The notes under the pieces were generated by a model, which saw only the letters and a list, made by a program, of their open reading frames with translations, was not told where the DNA came from and did no database searches. The position numbers were made by a program, and so were the translations under genes. This document shows, one piece after another, positions 18,142 to 27,792 of a DNA stretch of 64,000 nt (position 1 is its first letter; every line of letters begins with the position of its first letter). Source of the stretch: Planctomycetota bacterium (GTDB taxonomy: Bacteria > Planctomycetota > Planctomycetia > Pirellulales > Pirellulaceae); the NCBI GenBank assembly GCA_026692905.1, contig JAPLNL010000029.1, positions 138,191 to 202,190 on the forward strand. Direction: 5' to 3'.

Positions 18142-20229
18142 ATGCTCATGCGGCATCCGCTACCTGAATTACAATTTGCCTATAGATTGCCCTACGGAGC
18201 GAACGTTACCGAACGGGGCGTTCAATTTACGATCTTTAGTCGGTCCGCTACCGCCATGCGTCTCTTGCTCTACAAGCACGTAGACGATCGCGAACCTTCC
18301 GAGGTCATCGAATTTGATCGACGCAATGATCGCTGGGGAGACGTCTGGAGCATTTGCGTCCCACACCTACAGCCCGGACAGCTTTATCATCTTCAAGCCA
18401 ATGGGCCATTCGACCCTGAAGCCGGTCAGTGGTTTGATAGCAACGCTCGTTTGGTCGATCCCTACGCCAAAGCGTTGGCCGGTTGTTGTCAGCACACGAC
18501 CGACGGTGTGATTCGACCACCCAAGTGCGTCGTCGTCGATGACGCGTTTGATTGGGAAGGTGATCGGCATGTTCGTCGCTCACTCAGCGATAGCATCATC
18601 TATGAAATGCACGTCAAAGGCTTCACCCAAAGCAAGACATCCAACGTTCAAAACCCAGGAACCTACCTGGGCGTGATCGAGAAGATACCTTACCTCAAAA
18701 GTCTCGGTGTAACCGCCGTCGAGTTGATGCCGGTTCACGAGTTTCCGATTTTGGATGTCCACGGCAATTCGCCGGAGCGACCCAATTATTGGGGCTATGA
18801 CCCGATGGCCTTTTTTGCTCCGCACCGTGGATACGCCTCGTCGAAAGAACCAGGCGCTCAAGTTCTTGAATTCAAGCAAATGGTCAAGGCGTTGCACCAA
18901 GCTGGCATCGAGGTCATTCTCGATGTGGTCTTTAATCACACCTGTGAAGGCAACGAACGGGGGCCTGTGCTCACCTTCAAGGGGCTTGAGAATCAAGTCT
19001 ACTACATCCTGAACTCAGGCGGAGCGCATTACAGCAACTACACCGGTTGTGGCAACACGTTTAACGGAAACCATCCGATTTGCCGTGAGCTTATATTTCA
19101 TTGCTTGCGACACTGGGTTCACAATTACCACATCGACGGTTTCCGCTTCGATCTGGCGAGTATTCTCTCGCGAGATCGTTATGGTAACCTCATGCCCAAC
19201 CCACCGTTGGTGGATTTGATCGCTGAGGATCCGATGTTGGCCGATACCAAAATTATTGCTGAAGCTTGGGATGCGGCTGGTGCTTATCAAGTTGGTTCGT
19301 TTGGTGATTTGCGATGGGCAGAATGGAATGGTCGCTATCGCGATGACGTTCGACGTTATTGGCGCGGCGATCCTGGCATGGTTGGAGCCATGGCTACGCG
19401 GCTCAGCGGCTCCTCGGACCTGTATGAGCAATCCGGTCGTGCTCCCTATTGCAGCATCAACTTTGTGACGTCCCACGATGGTTTCACCATGAACGACTTG
19501 GTGAGCTACAAAGACAAACACAATGATGCGAACGGCGAAGGGAACCGGGACGGGGACAATAACAATTGTAGCGATAACTACGGAATCGAAGGCCCAACGA
19601 AAAAGAAGGGCTTAGAGGCGATCCGTGTTCGCCAGGTAAAGAACATGCTATCGTCGTTACTCTTAAGCCAAGGGGTGCCGATGCTGTTGATGGGGGATGA
19701 AGTGCGTCGGACTCAGCGTGGCAACAACAATGCTTACTGCCAAGACAACGATATCTCTTGGTTCAACTGGTCCAATTTGGAAGCTCATCCTGATATCTTC
19801 CGGTTCACCCAAGCATTGATCGAGTTTCGCAAGTTGCAACCGTCGTTGAGACGCGATCGGTTTCTCACCGGGCGACCACAAGACCATCGTGGAGTGCCGG
19901 ACGTCAGCTGGTTTGAATCGACAGGCAAACCGATCCACTGGGACGCGCCGGACGGGACGTTGATCTGTTGGTTGGGCCGGCCGGCTCTGGTTGATGATCC
20001 AGATGGCTTCGGACGGGACATCCTGATCATGCTCAATGGAACGCCTGAGTCCAAAGTGTTTGCGATCCCACCGCAGACACGAGGAATCCGCTGGAGAATG
20101 TTTTTGGATACGTCCAAAGAATCGCCCAAGGATGTCTACCCAGATCTCGATGGGCCATTTGCGCCAGCGAATCGTCAGATTGAGTTACTGTATCGATCGA
20201 CCGTGGTCTGGGTTGGCGAAGATAAATAG
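18142..20229 (+). CDS. glgX: Glycogen debranching enzyme (isoamylase-type)
   Basis: GH13 catalytic motifs DVVFNHT and GFRFDLA; EAWD; full-length GlgX architecture. Confidence 0.9.
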   Translation: MLMRHPLPELQFAYRLPYGANVTERGVQFTIFSRSATAMRLLLYKHVDDREPSEVIEFDRRNDRWGDVWSICVPHLQPGQLYHLQANGPFDPEAGQWFDSNARLVDPYAKALAGCCQHTTDGVIRPPKCVVVDDAFDWEGDRHVRRSLSDSIIYEMHVKGFTQSKTSNVQNPGTYLGVIEKIPYLKSLGVTAVELMPVHEFPILDVHGNSPERPNYWGYDPMAFFAPHRGYASSKEPGAQVLEFKQMVKALHQAGIEVILDVVFNHTCEGNERGPVLTFKGLENQVYYILNSGGAHYSNYTGCGNTFNGNHPICRELIFHCLRHWVHNYHIDGFRFDLASILSRDRYGNLMPNPPLVDLIAEDPMLADTKIIAEAWDAAGAYQVGSFGDLRWAEWNGRYRDDVRRYWRGDPGMVGAMATRLSGSSDLYEQSGRAPYCSINFVTSHDGFTMNDLVSYKDKHNDANGEGNRDGDNNNCSDNYGIEGPTKKKGLEAIRVRQVKNMLSSLLLSQGVPMLLMGDEVRRTQRGNNNAYCQDNDISWFNWSNLEAHPDIFRFTQALIEFRKLQPSLRRDRFLTGRPQDHRGVPDVSWFESTGKPIHWDAPDGTLICWLGRPALVDDPDGFGRDILIMLNGTPESKVFAIPPQTRGIRWRMFLDTSKESPKDVYPDLDGPFAPANRQIELLYRSTVVWVGEDK

Positions 20230-20268
20230 TTGAATTGGTTGTCGATGTCGAAATGCATGAAGCGGGGT

Positions 20269-20301
20269 GAGCAATCACCCCGCTTTTTTTGTTTAGAAAC
20301 T
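20269..20301 (+). terminator. Rho-independent terminator after glgX
   Basis: AGCGGGGTGA-gcaa-TCACCCCGCT followed by TTTTTTTGTTT. Confidence 0.8.
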
Positions 20302-20406
20302 CCTCGCTGGTTACCGCTGGTTATGTCGCCTTGCCAGAGAATCCCTCAGGTTTATCCCACTGCTTTCAGCATGCCCTATTGGACTTAACACAAGCAATTT
20401 ATTATT

Positions 20407-20469
20407 CGGGAGGGTGAGGCTCCTGCCGAACCGTGGCGTCGCAGGCTCGGCAGGAGCCTCGCCCTCCCT
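20407..20469. repeat. Family B palindromic element
   Basis: CGGGAGGGTGAGGCTCCTGCCGAA ... TCGGCAGGAGCCTCGCCCTCCC. Confidence 0.85.
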
Positions 20470-20529
20470 ATCTTGGCGCCAGCGAACGAATCACGGCTCG
20501 GAGAGTCGTGCTACACTTGCTGAGCCACG

Positions 20530-22509
20530 CTAGGGCGATTGAAACTTTTTGAGTTTTCGATCGAGCGTTGAGCGTTCGATTCCCAGGATGGATGCAGCGC
20601 GGTTCTTTTGGCCTTGCGTGTACTCAAGTGTTGCTTCGATGTGCTGTTGCTCTAATTCCTCGATGGTTTTCTCTTGGTAGGGATGGGCAACTGTAGCGGT
20701 TGCTTGTCCAGGTAATTGCAGGTGCGAAAGAGCTAGATCCTCTGGTTCAGCCAGCGGGCCATTGGCTAGTACGAAGGCTCGTTCTACGCAATTGCGAAGC
20801 TCCCGGACGTTGCCGGGCCAATCGTGTTTTTGCATCGCATATTTGGCTCTTTCGCTGAAACCGGCTGGGCCATATCCGGACCGAGAGACTCGAAGTGGTG
20901 GTACGATCAATTCGATAACGCGAAGTCGGAAGTAAAGATCCGATCGAAATTGACCGTCCCGGACAGCTTGTTCCAGGTCGCGATTGGTTGCTGCAATGAC
21001 GCGCACGTCGACTTGGATTGGTTTGCTGCCGCCGACCCGTTCGAAAGCTTTGCCTTCTAAGACACGTAGAAACTTGGCTTGAATCTCGGAGCTCATTTCA
21101 CCAAGCTCATCGAGCATAATCGTTCCGCCGCTGGCTTGTTCGAATTTCCCAAGCTTGCGGTCGGTTGCTCCGGTGAAGGCACCTTTTTCGTGGCCGAACA
21201 GTTCGCTTTCGAGAAGGGTGGGAGTGAGTGCAGCGCAGTTGATTGCAACAAATGGGCCGGTGACACGTTGGCTCATGTCGTGGATGGCGCGTGCGACGAG
21301 TTCCTTGCCAGCGCCGCTTTCGCCGCGGATGAGGACTGTTGCGTTCGTTGGTCCAACACGCTGCACTTGTTCGCGAAGTTGTTTTAACGCAGAGGACGGG
21401 CCGATCCATTCGGCAGCTTTACCGAGTTGTTGTTCCAACTCGGAGATGCGATTGCGCGATGACTTGAGTTTCTGCTCAAGCGATTGTTGACGCATGAGGT
21501 TGTCGATCGATACGGCAAGCACGTCGGCAACGGCCAGGGTAATTTCCAAGTGGTCTGGGGTTAAGTCTGGTTCGTCGTGGCGCGAGTAAAGGTGAACCAG
21601 GCCTAGCAAGTGATTACCAATTCGCATTGGGGCGACGATCAGGCTATTGGTAGTCAAGACATGACTCGCTTGAGTCGACATCGAGGATGTCGTCGCGGGC
21701 TTACCACCGACGAGATGCCCGTCGGAGCTGATGTTCCTTGCAAGGATTGCGGTATTGTCCCGACGTACACTTGCAACGAGTGTATCTGAGACTGGATGGT
21801 ATGCTTTGCTTTGACGTTGCAACGCCGCCAACACGGTCAGTAGTGACTCCGAGGATTTATGCGGTTCCTTGATGGTCGGCTCTAATTTCAAAACTCCTCC
21901 GGATTGGCAACCCGTTGCAAGCATCAGGCGATTCAAAGCAAGTTCACACGCAGAGGCGACGGACTGTTCGTGAGCTAAGTCGAAGGCCAACTGTAAGAGC
22001 TCTGTGGCGATGACGGGAACAGGGTGATTTTGGACTGGGATCGCGATTCGAGACGCTTTGGAATCGAGCTTTAGCGATTCGGGATCCAAAATGGAGGATT
22101 TGGATTGCCGGTGGGTGATCGAGGGAATTTCGCTTTGGGTGTGGACGGTCGATTGAGGGGAGTTTTCCTCAAATTCAAGAGGCGGGACGACTTCGTCGAG
22201 AGAGCTTGCAAAAGTCAATCGGCAAGAACCTACGGTGATTTGGTTGCCAGGGACAAGGGATTTGGCTTGTTCCAGTTTCTGTCCATCGAGGAAAGTACCA
22301 TTTCTTGACCCCAGATCGCGGACTTTCCATTCCCCGGATTCGAAAAAAATTTCGGCGTGTCGGCGACTCGATCTTTCATCGGCGACCGGGATTTCGTTAG
22401 AGGAAGCCCGGCCAATGATGAGCGGATGCCCGGCTTCCAGGCGAAAAACGTCTGTCCAACGGTGTCCCTGGCGAATAATGAGGTATGCCGAAGAATTGTT
22501 TGGTTGCAT
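20530..22509 (-). CDS. Sigma-54-dependent transcriptional activator with N-terminal FHA and central GAF domains
   Basis: FHA region [26 protein letters not shown]...[10 protein letters not shown]; AAA+ sigma-54 activator region [15 protein letters not shown]...GAFTGA; C-terminal Fis-type HTH. Confidence 0.85.
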   Translation of the reverse strand: MQPNNSSAYLIIRQGHRWTDVFRLEAGHPLIIGRASSNEIPVADERSSRRHAEIFFESGEWKVRDLGSRNGTFLDGQKLEQAKSLVPGNQITVGSCRLTFASSLDEVVPPLEFEENSPQSTVHTQSEIPSITHRQSKSSILDPESLKLDSKASRIAIPVQNHPVPVIATELLQLAFDLAHEQSVASACELALNRLMLATGCQSGGVLKLEPTIKEPHKSSESLLTVLAALQRQSKAYHPVSDTLVASVRRDNTAILARNISSDGHLVGGKPATTSSMSTQASHVLTTNSLIVAPMRIGNHLLGLVHLYSRHDEPDLTPDHLEITLAVADVLAVSIDNLMRQQSLEQKLKSSRNRISELEQQLGKAAEWIGPSSALKQLREQVQRVGPTNATVLIRGESGAGKELVARAIHDMSQRVTGPFVAINCAALTPTLLESELFGHEKGAFTGATDRKLGKFEQASGGTIMLDELGEMSSEIQAKFLRVLEGKAFERVGGSKPIQVDVRVIAATNRDLEQAVRDGQFRSDLYFRLRVIELIVPPLRVSRSGYGPAGFSERAKYAMQKHDWPGNVRELRNCVERAFVLANGPLAEPEDLALSHLQLPGQATATVAHPYQEKTIEELEQQHIEATLEYTQGQKNRAASILGIERSTLDRKLKKFQSP

Positions 22510-22683
22510 CGCGGGGCCGCAGAAATTACTCTAAGAGGTGAGATTTTGTCTGATTGGATGGTTATAGACTAGAATTCTGGTCCACGTATCCCAACAATAG
22601 GATACAGTTGGGTTGGTTCGTATTCATCCGATCGCGTTTGTTTCTCGTCAAAAATGTCACCTCTTTCTTTTGGAGTTTCGATT

Positions 22684-24132
22684 ATGGTTTTTCGAAGTTT
22701 GAGCAAGCACGGATCGATGGCGTACTGTGCCCGACTAAAACTGTCGATCGGCCTGATCGTTGCGGCTGGCACCCTCGGTTTTGGTACCCATGTTTATGCC
22801 CAAAATAACGGTGGCGGTGGTAACAACGGCGGCGGTGGTAACAACAACGTCAATGGATTTGGAATCCAGACGCGCGTTGTAGGTGGTGTTTCCATTCGTC
22901 CGGATGGCGTGCTTCAGACGGCCACGGAAGTGGAGCAAACTCAGGCACTTGCGGACATGCGGGCCAGATTGGTAGGGCCCAAAGGTGAACTCAATCAAGC
23001 TACCGATCGCCGTCTGATTTCGTTAAAGAATCTCAAGAAAGTGGTTCTCGCGAGCATCGAACAAAATCAACCGCTTTCCGAAGAAGTACTTTATTTGGGC
23101 GGTTTGACTCGTGTTGAAAACGTCTTTGTTTACCCAGAGCGACAGGACATTGTGCTTTCCGGACCTGCTGAACCGTGGAAGATCGGTGCGAATGGTACTG
23201 TGGTTGGCGCCAAGAGCGGCCGACCGGTACTCAACCTCGATGACTTGCTTTGTGCGTTTCGAACTGTTCAAGATGCCCGCAAGTCTGGCATCTCGGTGTC
23301 CATCGAACCGACCAAAGAAGGGGTGATGAAGCTGGAGCAACTCCTGAAGAGGTCACTGCAAAGCTACAGTAACAACCCTAAAGCTCTCGAGCCAAACATG
23401 GTCGAAGCGTTTGGACCTCAGCAAATCAAATTGGATGGACTGCCCGCAGACAGTCACATGGCTCGGGTGATATTAGCAGCAGACTACCGAATGAAGCTTT
23501 ACGGGATGAACCTTGCCAAGCCGCCAGTTGCCGGATTGCCCAGCTACATCGAAATGGTGAGTCAACAATCGAATGTGGGACAACTCCAGTCTCGATGGTG
23601 GATGGCTTGCGACTACTCTGCGATCGAACACAGTAAAGATCGGCTGGCTTGGAAGATTTCCGGTCAAGGAATCAAGACGCTTACCGAGGAAGAGCAAATT
23701 GTCGCCGACGGCTCGTTCAAGCAATCAGGCAAAGTCGATCGCGTTGCCAAGAAATGGGCGGATTTGTTTACCAAAAAGTTGGACGAACTTGCAACGAAGG
23801 ATACCGTGTTTGGAGATCTTCGAAACGTAATGGATATGTGCATTGTCGCAGCTTTGATTGAATCGCAAGAACTTCAGTCCTTGTCCCAATGCGATCTTTC
23901 GGGATTGATGGGCAAGACCGCAAATGTGGAATTGGCGAAATTCGAAGTTCCTGCGTCGATCGATCCTCAATGCAGTTTTATTCAAACGGTTCAAGGGTGG
24001 GTGGTTACCGCAAGTGGTGGAGTGATGGTAGACTCATGGCAAATCGTGAGCCATCTCAAAGCCAACGATGCCGTTGCAAGTGCATTGTCATTCGGTGCAA
24101 CTTGGAATAAAGCAGACAGCGTTTGGCAGTAA
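22684..24132 (+). CDS. Secreted hypothetical protein (possibly DUF1598-type), N-terminal Gly/Asn low-complexity stretch
   Basis: Signal peptide; SD GGAG 9 nt upstream of the 22684 ATG (the longer ORF starts at 22654). The DUF1598 assignment is from memory of planctomycete families and was not checked. Confidence 0.5.
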   Translation: MVFRSLSKHGSMAYCARLKLSIGLIVAAGTLGFGTHVYAQNNGGGGNNGGGGNNNVNGFGIQTRVVGGVSIRPDGVLQTATEVEQTQALADMRARLVGPKGELNQATDRRLISLKNLKKVVLASIEQNQPLSEEVLYLGGLTRVENVFVYPERQDIVLSGPAEPWKIGANGTVVGAKSGRPVLNLDDLLCAFRTVQDARKSGISVSIEPTKEGVMKLEQLLKRSLQSYSNNPKALEPNMVEAFGPQQIKLDGLPADSHMARVILAADYRMKLYGMNLAKPPVAGLPSYIEMVSQQSNVGQLQSRWWMACDYSAIEHSKDRLAWKISGQGIKTLTEEEQIVADGSFKQSGKVDRVAKKWADLFTKKLDELATKDTVFGDLRNVMDMCIVAALIESQELQSLSQCDLSGLMGKTANVELAKFEVPASIDPQCSFIQTVQGWVVTASGGVMVDSWQIVSHLKANDAVASALSFGATWNKADSVWQ

Positions 24133-24135
24133 TCA

Positions 24136-25236
24136 ATGCCTTCTATGTCGAAAGAAAAATCAGCTCCATTTCAACTGTTCCACCTGAGTGAGGAAGACAA
24201 TGGTCAAACACTGGGTGCCGCCATCAAAAAGCGGATAAATGGCTGGAGCTGGGGGCAAACTCGCGAAGCGATTCTCAAACGCCGCGTACAAGTCAACGGC
24301 AACCTCTGTCTCGATCAGGCTCGCAAGGTCACTGAAAAAGACGTGATCAAACTCTGGAACGAGTCATTGCCCAAGCCGGTTCAGCCGTCCAACGTAAAGA
24401 TCGTTTACGTCGACGACTTCATTGTCGTCGTCGAAAAACCACCTGGCATTACCTCGACCCGTCATTTCGAAGAGCGATTGCTTAAAGAAAAGCGGAAGCA
24501 ATTACAACCTACGTTAGAAGAGCTTCTTCCGCTGTCCTTGGAAGCTCATTTTCAATCTCGATCATTACCAGCAAAGCGAGACGATGGAAAGAATTCGCAA
24601 CGTCCCAAAAAAGGACGGCTGTCCGCTCAGGATGAACAGCGTCAGCGAATGCTCCAGTTAAAGAAGTTCGCTGTGATTGCGGTGCACCGACTCGACCGAG
24701 ACACGAGTGGCTTAATGGTGTTCGCACGAACCCCATCTGTTGCGCAAATGCTGGGCGTGGTTTTTCGAAAACACGAAGTGATCCGCAAGTACCATGCGGT
24801 GGTGCACGGCCATCCCAGGGCTCAGACTTTCGACTCCATTCTGGTTCGAGACCGTGGAGATGGTCGAAGAGGCACAAAACCGGCAGACCGCCAAGAGGAT
24901 CCGACTGCGCAGCGCGCCGTGACGCACATTCGCCCGGTTGAGACCATCGGCGAATACTCGATGATCGAGTGCGAATTGGAAACGGGAAGAACGCACCAAA
25001 TTCGAATTCATTTGTCGGAGGCTGGGCACCTCTTGTGTGGGGACCCCATTTACGATCGGTCTGCGAGTGGCGAAGTCATTGACGACCGCAGCAATGCACC
25101 GCGACAAGCACTGCATTCAGCCAGCCTGGAGCTCAAGCACCCTATGACGGACGAGCCATTGTCGTTTCGGATGCCATGGCCCACCGATCTTTTCAAATGG
25201 CTGAAAGAGCTTCGAAGTCGGTCGACTGCAGACTAG
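24136..25236 (+). CDS. rluD: RluA-family pseudouridine synthase (RluD-like, S4 + catalytic domain) with a long basic insertion
   Basis: Motifs HRLDRDTSGLMVFA and HQIRIHL; N-terminal S4-like domain. Confidence 0.8.
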   Translation: MPSMSKEKSAPFQLFHLSEEDNGQTLGAAIKKRINGWSWGQTREAILKRRVQVNGNLCLDQARKVTEKDVIKLWNESLPKPVQPSNVKIVYVDDFIVVVEKPPGITSTRHFEERLLKEKRKQLQPTLEELLPLSLEAHFQSRSLPAKRDDGKNSQRPKKGRLSAQDEQRQRMLQLKKFAVIAVHRLDRDTSGLMVFARTPSVAQMLGVVFRKHEVIRKYHAVVHGHPRAQTFDSILVRDRGDGRRGTKPADRQEDPTAQRAVTHIRPVETIGEYSMIECELETGRTHQIRIHLSEAGHLLCGDPIYDRSASGEVIDDRSNAPRQALHSASLELKHPMTDEPLSFRMPWPTDLFKWLKELRSRSTAD

Positions 25237-25246
25237 TTCGTTAATA

Positions 25247-25370
25247 GGGAGGGTGAGGCTCCCGCTGTAAACATATTTTCTGGTCGTTTACCCAAGCAAT
25301 TGATTGCTCGGGAGGGTGAGGCTCCTGCCGAACCGTGGCGTCGCAAGCTCGGCAGGAGCCTCGCTCTCCC
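25247..25370. repeat. Two family B elements (a half-element with a CGCTGTAAACAT tail, then a complete hairpin)
   Basis: GGGAGGGTGAGGCTCCCGCTGTAAACAT at 25247, and a complete B palindrome at 25309-25370. Confidence 0.85.
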
Positions 25371-25581
25371 AAATGCTTTTGTGGGACATGGAATTTCTAC
25401 GATGTTTGGAGCCTCGATGTCCCTTTTTTCGGACGTGGTAATCGCAAGATTTTTTTGACGTGGCATATTTTTGCGGCAAATAATTTTCAGAAAGCCCGAA
25501 GATTTTTGTACGGATCGGAACGGTCGATGTCACTACCATTTCGACATCGCGGATTATCGCGACGGTTATGGTGACTTTTAA

Positions 25582-27774
25582 TTGGCAGAAACAATGAGAC
25601 TGACATTACGAACTCTACTGGCTTACCGCGACGGTGTACTGGATCCCAAGGATGCTGCTGTCTTGGAAGCCAAAATCATGGATAGCTCGACCGCCCAGCA
25701 GATATCGCAGCGCATCACCGACGAAATGAAGAACCGTAAGCTCGCGCCGATTCCGGTCGATGCTCGCGAGTTTGGTTTCGAAGCGAACATGGTCGCGGAG
25801 TTTTTGGATGACACGATCCCGATGGAGACGTTACCAGAAATGGAGCGAAAGTGCTTGGAGAACAATACGCTTCTGAGCGAAATCGGCAGTTGCCACCAAA
25901 TTCTTTCTCGCGCGTTATCGATTCCAGCTCCCATTTCGTCGGCTCTTCGGCAACGCATTCACGATCTGCCAAATAACCCAACTGCGAGAAGTTTTTCGGA
26001 AGGTGGACGCATTCGACGCTTCGATGCAGGAAGTCCGTCGACGAAAAGCTCTTCGCAAAACGAAGCTGACTCGCTGAGGTCATCGATAGCGATTCCCGCC
26101 AACAAGACTGTCCGAAAGTCAAATGGTGAGCTCCGAGGATCGGGAATTGAACTGAACGATGGATTAGGGCGGCAAGTGCCTGAGTATTTGATTGGAAATG
26201 ATCGTGGGTGGCTAAAAACTGCCATGTTAGGACTCGTACTGTTGACCTCCTTGGTCGTCGTTGGAGCGATTGCAATTGGACCGCTTGAGCGTGTTCGAAA
26301 TTTGCTACGCAATTCGGATATGGCGAAAGTCGTACTAGAGGAAAATGCGGAAGTAGCGGTCACTAAGGAGAGGGAGCTAGGTGTTAAGCGACCACCTCAA
26401 AAGGAACAAACTGCCGTTGAGAGTGATACCGCAGAAAAGGACTTAGATCTTGTTGAATCGTCGGTCGGTTCACCAGCACCTTCTTTCACGTCACCCAGCG
26501 TCCCGGACAAGCTCAAGCCTAAACCGGCAGATGCGTCTAAGAGTACGACGCCTGTGGTTTCCGAAGCGAGTGCAACGCCACCTATTCCTGTAGCCAACAG
26601 CCGTATTCAGTGGTTACCTGAAAAGAGGGAATCTTCGGAAATGATTGTGTTGAAACTTGGTGCTTCGGAGAACGGTGCAGCACCGTTTTGGCGAAGAATG
26701 CATGCCGGTGAGTACGTTGCCGTGGGCGAGCGTATCGTAGTCCCGCCGACTCAACGCACCGAGATGAGAGTCGAACCAGGGATTCGATTTCTGTGTGCGG
26801 GGGAAAACGATTTTGAGCAGTCAAAGGGCGGAGTCATTCCAAGTGTAACGATTCGTTCCGGGCTGTTCTTTCTGTTTGCGACTCCGGATGCAAAAGAGAT
26901 CAACTTGGATTGCAATGGGTTGGTGCTAACAATCCGATTTTCTTCGACTGATGGCGGCTGCGCGTTGGAAATTCAAAATGAATGGTCATCGTCCACCGAC
27001 GAGATGGCAAAGGCTGGAAAGCTTGCAAGTTCATCGGTGGTTCGGCTGATTGGCGTACAAGGTGAGATCGATTACTCCAGCAGAGAAATAAGTGGTGCGG
27101 AGAACAAAGGGGCTTTGAGCGTGGGGCAATTTACTCGATGGAAGGATGGGCAATCGAGCGGAGTATCTGAGCTTGCAGAAGAACCATGGTGGTTTAGAAC
27201 AAGTGTCTTGCGTCCTATTGACCAACTCGCATCGAAAGCACTGCAACGCGCCCTCGTCGGTAGAGAACCTGCGGTGATCGAAACAGAACTGACCGAACAC
27301 ATGACTCCGCTTCGGATACATGAGCTAACGGTCTCGCTCGCGGTCCGAACGCGAATCATGCTCGGACGATACGACGGACTTTTTGAATCGGAAGGCGTTT
27401 TCAATCGAGGGAATTTACACATTCATTGGTCCTCCTTGTTTTCACAGGTCGCCCAATCGATGGGGCGCGACGAGAATCGGTTAGCTCTTGCGAACGCGAT
27501 TCGCCAGGCAGCCCCGAACCGAGCGAGTACCCTTTTTTCGCTTCTGGCGTTGCCGACGCAAGAGCAATTGGTGGCTGGGTCGGATAAACTATTGGTTGAT
27601 TCGCTTTTGAGTCCACAAATGGATGAGCGAGTGATTGCGTTTCAACAATTGAATCAGATTACCGGAAAAACGCTCATGTATCGTCCTGACAAGAACCCGG
27701 CAGAGGGTGCCCAACAGTGGCGTAAGCTGCTCGTCAAGAATGAAATCCGATACCCAGAACCCTCCAAGCCCTAG
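25582..27774 (+). CDS. Large single-pass membrane protein with an anti-sigma-factor-like N-terminal helix
   Basis: N-terminus MRLTLRTLLAYRDGVLDP resembles anti-sigma N-termini; a TM helix near residue 215; no other recognisable domain. Confidence 0.4.
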   Translation: MAETMRLTLRTLLAYRDGVLDPKDAAVLEAKIMDSSTAQQISQRITDEMKNRKLAPIPVDAREFGFEANMVAEFLDDTIPMETLPEMERKCLENNTLLSEIGSCHQILSRALSIPAPISSALRQRIHDLPNNPTARSFSEGGRIRRFDAGSPSTKSSSQNEADSLRSSIAIPANKTVRKSNGELRGSGIELNDGLGRQVPEYLIGNDRGWLKTAMLGLVLLTSLVVVGAIAIGPLERVRNLLRNSDMAKVVLEENAEVAVTKERELGVKRPPQKEQTAVESDTAEKDLDLVESSVGSPAPSFTSPSVPDKLKPKPADASKSTTPVVSEASATPPIPVANSRIQWLPEKRESSEMIVLKLGASENGAAPFWRRMHAGEYVAVGERIVVPPTQRTEMRVEPGIRFLCAGENDFEQSKGGVIPSVTIRSGLFFLFATPDAKEINLDCNGLVLTIRFSSTDGGCALEIQNEWSSSTDEMAKAGKLASSSVVRLIGVQGEIDYSSREISGAENKGALSVGQFTRWKDGQSSGVSELAEEPWWFRTSVLRPIDQLASKALQRALVGREPAVIETELTEHMTPLRIHELTVSLAVRTRIMLGRYDGLFESEGVFNRGNLHIHWSSLFSQVAQSMGRDENRLALANAIRQAAPNRASTLFSLLALPTQEQLVAGSDKLLVDSLLSPQMDERVIAFQQLNQITGKTLMYRPDKNPAEGAQQWRKLLVKNEIRYPEPSKP

Positions 27775-27792
27775 TCCTATTTTGGAAACATT

